Shown here: positions 58,374 to 64,000 of the stretch, piece after piece
Position numbering within the stretch: position 1 is the first letter of the stretch
How the letters are laid out: every line of letters begins with the position of its first letter
Assembly: GCA_021158125.1 (NCBI GenBank)
Contig: JAGGVF010000012.1
Coordinates: 10,879 to 74,878 of the forward strand
Source of the DNA: Candidatus Bathyarchaeota archaeon
GTDB taxonomy: Archaea > Thermoproteota > Bathyarchaeia > Bathyarchaeales > WUQV01
Direction of reading: 5' to 3'
DNA length: 64,000 nt
Position numbers and translations under genes: made by a program
Notes under the pieces: model-generated
Told to the model about the DNA's origin: nothing
Database searches by the model: none
The model's input: the letters and a program-made list of their open reading frames with translations, nothing else

Positions 58374-59435
58374 ATGAAAGGGATAATTCTTCATGGCGGA
58401 GCTGGGACAAGACTTAGACCTCTGACTTTTAGTGGACCAAAACAACTTATACCTGTAGCTAATAAACCGATCTCTCGATACGTATTGGAAGATCTTAGAG
58501 ACAACGGAATCAAGAACATCGCAATAATTCTTGGAAATATCTATCCGGAGAAAGTCATCAATTATTATGGCGACGGAAGTAAATTCGACGTGAAAATCAC
58601 GTATATACACCAAGGTGAACCAAAGGGGATAGCCCATGCGATCGGTCTATGTGAAGAATTTGTAAGCGAAGACAACTTCGTAGTTTACCTGGGGGATAAC
58701 TTACTTCAGTATGGTATAGGGAAATACCTGAGGAAATTCGAAAAGGGGAAGTATGACGGTTACATCCTTCTGAAAGAAGTCGAAGATCCCACCAGATTTG
58801 GTATCGCAAAGTTTGACGAAAAGGGAAAATTAGTGGATGTAATTGAAAAGCCTAAGCAGCCACCAAGTAACTATGCCATAATAGGAGTTTACTTCTTCAA
58901 GCCAACTGTCTTCGACATAATTAAACAGCTCAAGCCAAGCTGGAGAGGAGAGTACGAAATAACTGACGCAATAAGACTAATGATGAGGAAAGATTACAAT
59001 ATCGGATACGAAATTCTTGATGGTTGGTGGTTTGACACTGGAAAAAAGGATGACATACTCTACGTGAACAGCGTCATACTTGACGAAAGAATAAAACGGG
59101 ATATTAAAGGTGAAATATTTAATTCACGGGTTGACGGGCGCACCACCATAATGGAAGGAACAAAGATAATAAACAGCGTAGTTAGAGGCCCGTGTATAAT
59201 AGGCGGAAAATGCATAATACAGGATTCTTACATAGGTCCATACACAAGTATAGGAGATTGCACAAAAATCATAAAAAGTTCTGTACAGTACTCCGTAATT
59301 CTAGAAAACACCACAATACTGGAAATAGATAGATTAGAAGACAGTCTCATAGGAAGCAACGCAAAAATCTTTAAAAAAGGAAAAGGAAACACACTGCGCC
59401 TTCACATAGGGGACTACTCTGAACTTGCTCTTTGA
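58374..59435 (+). CDS. rmlA: Glucose-1-phosphate thymidylyltransferase, long form
   Basis: GGAGTRLRPLT..PKQL, YLGDN, SWRGEYEITD, WFDTG; ATG 58374. Confidence 0.93.
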   Translation: MKGIILHGGAGTRLRPLTFSGPKQLIPVANKPISRYVLEDLRDNGIKNIAIILGNIYPEKVINYYGDGSKFDVKITYIHQGEPKGIAHAIGLCEEFVSEDNFVVYLGDNLLQYGIGKYLRKFEKGKYDGYILLKEVEDPTRFGIAKFDEKGKLVDVIEKPKQPPSNYAIIGVYFFKPTVFDIIKQLKPSWRGEYEITDAIRLMMRKDYNIGYEILDGWWFDTGKKDDILYVNSVILDERIKRDIKGEIFNSRVDGRTTIMEGTKIINSVVRGPCIIGGKCIIQDSYIGPYTSIGDCTKIIKSSVQYSVILENTTILEIDRLEDSLIGSNAKIFKKGKGNTLRLHIGDYSELAL

Positions 59436-59616
59436 TACATCTTCTTTATTTTTCATGCAATATTTCACCCTCCATTTGTTCGATGCCCAAAAAAGTTGGT
59501 TTCGCTTTTGCAAGAATTTGGTTATACAGTTACACTTAACACTGACCTCCGGTTTATTTATGCATTCAAAAATGTTTCCATAGATTAACTACTACTTATT
59601 ATTCGGTTGATTAAGG

Positions 59617-60570
59617 ATGCATAGAGTCTTCTTAACTTTTGATGTTGAGGATTTCATAAACCCAAATGCTATTTTCGCACTTCAACGGATACTAGAACTC
59701 CTAGAAAAATATAATATAAGAGCCATATTTTTTATTACTGGTCATATGGCTGAAAAAATAAGTAATTATTCTGAAATAATTGAAAGATTAAAATATCACG
59801 AAATAGGTTATCATTCCTCAAGTCACTCGGTGCATCCAACAATTCCGGAATACACGGATGTAAAGAGCTATAAAAAAGCCTATGAAGAGTCTATTCGGAG
59901 AGAAACTTCGCATATAAACCCTCTTACCGGTAAAATCGAAAGAGATGGCGGAATACACTTTCTACAAGACCTATTTTATTCTAAGAAAATTCGGGCATTT
60001 AGGGCGCCGGGAATGTGCTGGACGCCGCCGCATCTTGAAGCCCTAAAGAGTCTAGGTATAGAACATGATTTCTCTACAAATCTTACTTGTTCAGAACTAG
60101 TTTCCTATAAGGGATTAACCTTCTACCCATATACAGTAACTCAGCAATGGAACGGTACAATTTACGATTATGAATGCCTACTCTTCTCAATTTTAAGAAA
60201 TAAAATAACTATCCTCGATTTACATCCAACCTTATTTGTAAATCGAATCGAATGGGATTTCATATACCGCAAAGGAAACCCAAAAAAACTCATGAATGTT
60301 CCGAAAAGGCCAAAGAAGGAAATACAAGAACTATTTAATAGTTTTGAACTCCTAATAAAAAGAATAGATTTCCTACGCAAAATTAAATTGATAAAAACCG
60401 ACCCTTCCTTTAGTGCCTCAAACAAAAAGTTAAGCATCAGAAAAAAACAAGTAAACAAGTGCTACGAAAAAAGCATGCAATGGGCCATAGGGTGCTTCAA
60501 TTATCACCCAAAATTCATTAAAAGTCATTTTGACTATTTTTTCCAAGAGGCCATGGTAACGCTTCAATAA
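59617..60570 (+). CDS. Polysaccharide deacetylase (CE4/NodB-like)
   Basis: LTFDVEDF, HEIGYHS..H, FRAPG. Confidence 0.78.
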   Translation: MHRVFLTFDVEDFINPNAIFALQRILELLEKYNIRAIFFITGHMAEKISNYSEIIERLKYHEIGYHSSSHSVHPTIPEYTDVKSYKKAYEESIRRETSHINPLTGKIERDGGIHFLQDLFYSKKIRAFRAPGMCWTPPHLEALKSLGIEHDFSTNLTCSELVSYKGLTFYPYTVTQQWNGTIYDYECLLFSILRNKITILDLHPTLFVNRIEWDFIYRKGNPKKLMNVPKRPKKEIQELFNSFELLIKRIDFLRKIKLIKTDPSFSASNKKLSIRKKQVNKCYEKSMQWAIGCFNYHPKFIKSHFDYFFQEAMVTLQ

Positions 60571-60579
60571 GGTGAATTC

Positions 60580-61698
60580 ATGCGAGTTTTGATGGTTTCT
60601 CCATGTTACTATCCTGTTAAGGGCGGTACGGAGACAACGGTCAGAAATCTAGCTATAGCCCTTAACAAGAATAAGATTCAAACAGATGTTATGGCGTTTA
60701 ACGTTGATCAAACGCGAAAACCGAGATGGCAGGGAAAAACTGAAAGAATCGATGGAATCGTCATCTACAGAATCCCTGCATTGGATTGGTTACCAATTAC
60801 ACATTCGGCTAGAGTGACAGCAGGAGTCAACTTTATACCAGGCAAATTTACGCATATACTAAAAAAATATGATGTCATTCATTTTCACGAGGTTGAATTC
60901 AGCTTCCCATTCTTCTCATTTTTCGTGAAAAAACCTAAGATAATTCATTTACATGGAATAGACTATAATTTTTTAAAGAGGCATCACATAAGCAGATTTT
61001 TACTAAAACATTTAGTTAAAGTGTACATTTCCATATCAAAACGAATGAAAAAGGAATTAATAAACCTAGGAGTCCCAGAAAACAGAATTATATACTTGCC
61101 CAACAGCATCGATGTAAATCACTTTAAACCTAAAAGAAGAAAACAAGAAAATATGCTCTTATTTGTTGGAAGAATAGCAGCAAGTAAAGGTCTGCATATC
61201 CTGATAAGATCTCTGCAACATTTGAAAGATAATGTTTGCTTGGTGATAATAGGCCCGCCGGACTGGGATGCTAACTATCACAAAAACATATTAAGAATGA
61301 TCGAAAAGGAAAATCGAAAACGAAAGCACGAAGTCCGCTATTTAGGGACCTTAGAGCCAACCAAACTGGCAGAATGGTACCAAAAAGCCTCACTTTTTAT
61401 CTTACCATCTTTCGCTGAAGGTTTCCCTGTTACGATTCTCGAGGCATTGGCGTGTGAGACTCCGGTGATAGCAACACCAGTAGGTGGAATTCCAGAAATA
61501 ATAAGAAACGGTGAAACTGGAATCTTAATTCGGCAAAATACCCCTGCTTATGTTGCAAAGGCAATACAATACTTGCTGGAAAATAGGGATGTTAGACTCC
61601 GGATGGGTCGAAAGGGACGAGAATATGTCGTAAGGAAGCATTCATTGGAAAATGTCTGCAAAAAATTACATGCAATATATAAACAACTGATTAATTGA
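60580..61698 (+). CDS. GT4 glycosyltransferase
   Basis: FVGR...KG, LPSFAEGFP..LEALACETPVIA..VGGIPE. Confidence 0.92.
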   Translation: MRVLMVSPCYYPVKGGTETTVRNLAIALNKNKIQTDVMAFNVDQTRKPRWQGKTERIDGIVIYRIPALDWLPITHSARVTAGVNFIPGKFTHILKKYDVIHFHEVEFSFPFFSFFVKKPKIIHLHGIDYNFLKRHHISRFLLKHLVKVYISISKRMKKELINLGVPENRIIYLPNSIDVNHFKPKRRKQENMLLFVGRIAASKGLHILIRSLQHLKDNVCLVIIGPPDWDANYHKNILRMIEKENRKRKHEVRYLGTLEPTKLAEWYQKASLFILPSFAEGFPVTILEALACETPVIATPVGGIPEIIRNGETGILIRQNTPAYVAKAIQYLLENRDVRLRMGRKGREYVVRKHSLENVCKKLHAIYKQLIN

Positions 61699-61734
61699 TG
61701 CCAGGAAAGCTGAAATTCAGCTAATTTCAAGATT

Positions 61735-63327
61735 GTGGGAACTGACGTGCAAAAAGCCCTAGAAATTGGAAGAAAATCTGCGACTGGGAGCCTTCAGCTA
61801 TTCATAGGTCAAGCATCCTCAACGATAATAATGGCTATAGGCACAATAATCTTGGCAAGGCTTTTAACAGAGGCAGAGTATGGACTATACTCCATAGCAT
61901 TAATTCCATCATACATGGCTATACTCTTTAGAGATTGGGGAGTCAACTCGGCTATAACTAAATTTACAGCCAGCCTTAGAGCTCAAAAAAATGAGGAAAA
62001 AGCCTACAAAATAATAAAAACAGGTTTAATATTCGAAGTAGCGACAGGGTTTATTCTTTCATTAATTCTTATTTCTCTTTCGGGCTTCATTGCTTCTACA
62101 GTTTTCAACCGTCCCAAATCTACGCCGCTTATAATGATTGCGTCAATCACTGTTTTCACTGGAGCATTGCAAACCGTGGCGCAATCAACATTTGTAGGCT
62201 TCGAAAGGATGGAGCTTAGCAGTCTAACAAACATATGTCAAGCCATAGTGAAAAGCGTTGCTACGCCGCTTCTTGTTTTAATAGGCTTCGGCACATTTGG
62301 GGCAACTTTAGGATACACAATTTCGTTTATGGTATCAGCCATTATAGCCTTAATAGTCCTCTATTTAACCATAATCAGGAAAATAAACATCAGAAATAGG
62401 GATTCTGGAGACTCAAGTACAATAAAAACTTTGAGAGAAATGCTTCATTACGGAGTCCCACTCTCGATATCATCCATTATAAGCGGGTTCCTTATACAAT
62501 TCTACGCCTTTATAATGGCAATTTACTGTACGGATGTCGCGATAGGAAATTACCAGGTAGCAAGCCAGTTCGCAACTATACTAACATTCTTTACAGTACC
62601 CATATGGACCGTGCTGTTTCCAGCTTTTTCCAAAATAAATCTGCAAGATGAAAACGAACTGCTCCAAACAGTTTTCACGTTCTCAATAAAATACACATCA
62701 TTAATTCTCGTCCCAACAACAATCGGTTTAATGATTTTATCGAAACCTTTGGTTGGCACGCTTTTCGGCGAAAAATGGACTCAGGCGCCGCTCTTCCTAA
62801 CGCTATACGTAATAAACAATCTCTTTGTTATATTCGGAAGCTTAACCCTTGGAAGCTTACTTGCGGGCATTGGAGAAACAAAAATGCAAATGAAATTAAG
62901 CCTAATAACCTTGACGGTGGGAATGCCGCTCTCGTTAATTCTCATACCGACGATGGGAATAATAGGGTTAATACTGACAACCATAATAGCCAACAAACCA
63001 AGCCTAGTGATAGGCCTATACTGGACCAGAAAGAAGTACAAGACCAAAATAGACATAAACTCATCATTAAGAATTCTTATAGCATCTGCAACAGCAGCTA
63101 CAGCAACATTTTTTGCTATAAACTTCACTACCTACGCCGATTGGATAGAGCTCATCATAGGAACCGCAGCATTCGCTACAACTTACCTAATAGCTACACC
63201 AACCATTGGAGCAGTAAACAAAAGCGACATAAACAACCTAAAAACAATGTTTTCAGGGTTAGGAGCGCTATCAAAATTAATAAATATTCCACTAAATTTC
63301 ATGGAAAAGATTCCAAACCTAATGTAA
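61735..63327 (+). CDS. Wzx/MOP-superfamily oligosaccharide flippase
   Basis: About 14 TMs, EAEYGLYS, IGNYQVA, LFPAFS. Confidence 0.88.
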   Translation: MGTDVQKALEIGRKSATGSLQLFIGQASSTIIMAIGTIILARLLTEAEYGLYSIALIPSYMAILFRDWGVNSAITKFTASLRAQKNEEKAYKIIKTGLIFEVATGFILSLILISLSGFIASTVFNRPKSTPLIMIASITVFTGALQTVAQSTFVGFERMELSSLTNICQAIVKSVATPLLVLIGFGTFGATLGYTISFMVSAIIALIVLYLTIIRKINIRNRDSGDSSTIKTLREMLHYGVPLSISSIISGFLIQFYAFIMAIYCTDVAIGNYQVASQFATILTFFTVPIWTVLFPAFSKINLQDENELLQTVFTFSIKYTSLILVPTTIGLMILSKPLVGTLFGEKWTQAPLFLTLYVINNLFVIFGSLTLGSLLAGIGETKMQMKLSLITLTVGMPLSLILIPTMGIIGLILTTIIANKPSLVIGLYWTRKKYKTKIDINSSLRILIASATAATATFFAINFTTYADWIELIIGTAAFATTYLIATPTIGAVNKSDINNLKTMFSGLGALSKLINIPLNFMEKIPNLM

Positions 63328-63599
63328 ACCAGCAACATTAAGAGATTACGAACTTGATATCTAGGGGCTAAAAATTCAGGTAATTAAAAGATTCGAAAAC
63401 AAATGCATAAACATTTAAACGCCACATTCTTAATTTTCCTACAGCTTTTTACATCAGCCGTATTCTCTTCTGTCTCCTGCGTAAAAACGCCTAAATTGAC
63501 AATCGTCTTAGCTTTTCGACAACATTTTTAAATATATTTAGAACCTTAGTGTACGAAGCTTTATTAGGCATCAAGTTAAATCTCCTTTGGTATAGTCAA

Positions 63600-64000
63600 A
63601 TGAGATTTTCTTATCAACCCATAGTTGATTTCACTCGACGCCACAAGAATACATTTCTTTTGATAATTGTAGTTATGCTGGTTACTGTTCTGCTTCAGAC
63701 CTTAATTTCAGTTTGGCTTAGCAGAAACAGTAATATTAGTCTTCCAAGCTTTGGAACAATCTACACGCTTCAAGCGGAGGTATATGGGGGTAGCCTAGAA
63801 GAACTGAGTAACGGTCAGAAGCTTATAGATTGGGGAACGGTCTACCCGGGAACCACTGTAAACAGAACGTTTAACGTGATAAGTAAAAGCAATGTTGAGG
63901 CTAAATTAATTATTAAGGCGACGAATTGGGTTTTCAATAATTCGAGGGGAGAAATAGTTGAAGGCCCAACCAACAAAACTGATTACATGACTCTTATTGC
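63600..64000 (+). CDS. Membrane-anchored surface protein, runs off the window end
   Basis: Manual translation from ATG 63600: MRFSYQ...RRHKNTFLLIIVVMLVTVLL...IDWGTVYPGTTVNRTF...ATNW; open to the end. Confidence 0.65.
   Translation, partial: MRFSYQPIVDFTRRHKNTFLLIIVVMLVTVLLQTLISVWLSRNSNISLPSFGTIYTLQAEVYGGSLEELSNGQKLIDWGTVYPGTTVNRTFNVISKSNVEAKLIIKATNWVFNNSRGEIVEGPTNKTDYMTLI

Noticed and set aside
642-63341. Many antisense or overlapping ORFs in the ORF track (e.g. 835-1428, 22591-23070, 62775-63341)
   Set aside because: They are shadows of confident genes and carry no recognisable motifs.
32624-64000. Integrative element with attL/attR at tRNA-Cys
   Set aside because: No duplicate of the tRNA 3' end and no integrase seen in the window.
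1-64000. CRISPR array, prophage or defence system
   Set aside because: No regularly spaced repeats, cas genes, viral hallmark genes or restriction/toxin genes recognised.

Overview
Archaeal DNA, most likely a TACK/Bathyarchaeia-type genome. This is inferred from archaeal-type ProRS/TrpRS/PheRS, deoxyhypusine synthase, DUF1512, an unlinked 5S rRNA and an intron-containing tRNA-Trp; no search was run. Region 1-27.6 kb is mostly housekeeping (PGI/PMI, thi4, fdhD-like, dipeptide epimerase, ABC exporter, proS, dys, map, trpS, pheST, tRNA-Trp, 5S). It also holds a compact locus at 5.5-11.3 kb: two ArsA/Get3-family ATPases (one with a natural Asp->Asn change at the catalytic position), two paralogous small proteins, an orphan, a protein resembling eukaryotic CCDC47/DUF1682, and a CstA transporter. 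Region 28-64 kb is a large mosaic surface-glycan/EPS locus: wHTH regulators, DUF1616, DUF2206, many GT2/GT4, galU, ugd, rmlCBDA, a deacetylase, a flippase and an antisense GH5. Inside it is an amine/amino-acid tailoring module (aminotransferase, two methyltransferases, a divergent PLP decarboxylase, ATP-grasp ligase, FemAB-like and GNAT transferases, PIG-L deacetylase). Directly in front of that module sits a tRNA-Cys with non-canonical D and T loops, reminiscent of the non-ribosomal tRNAs used by staphylococcal FemXAB. The two strongest candidates for undescribed systems are (i) atypical tRNA-Cys plus FemAB-like glycan tailoring and (ii) the active/pseudo-ATPase ArsA pair with CCDC47-like and CstA. 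All family calls come from motif recognition by eye. No CRISPR array, integrase or intact transposase was seen.
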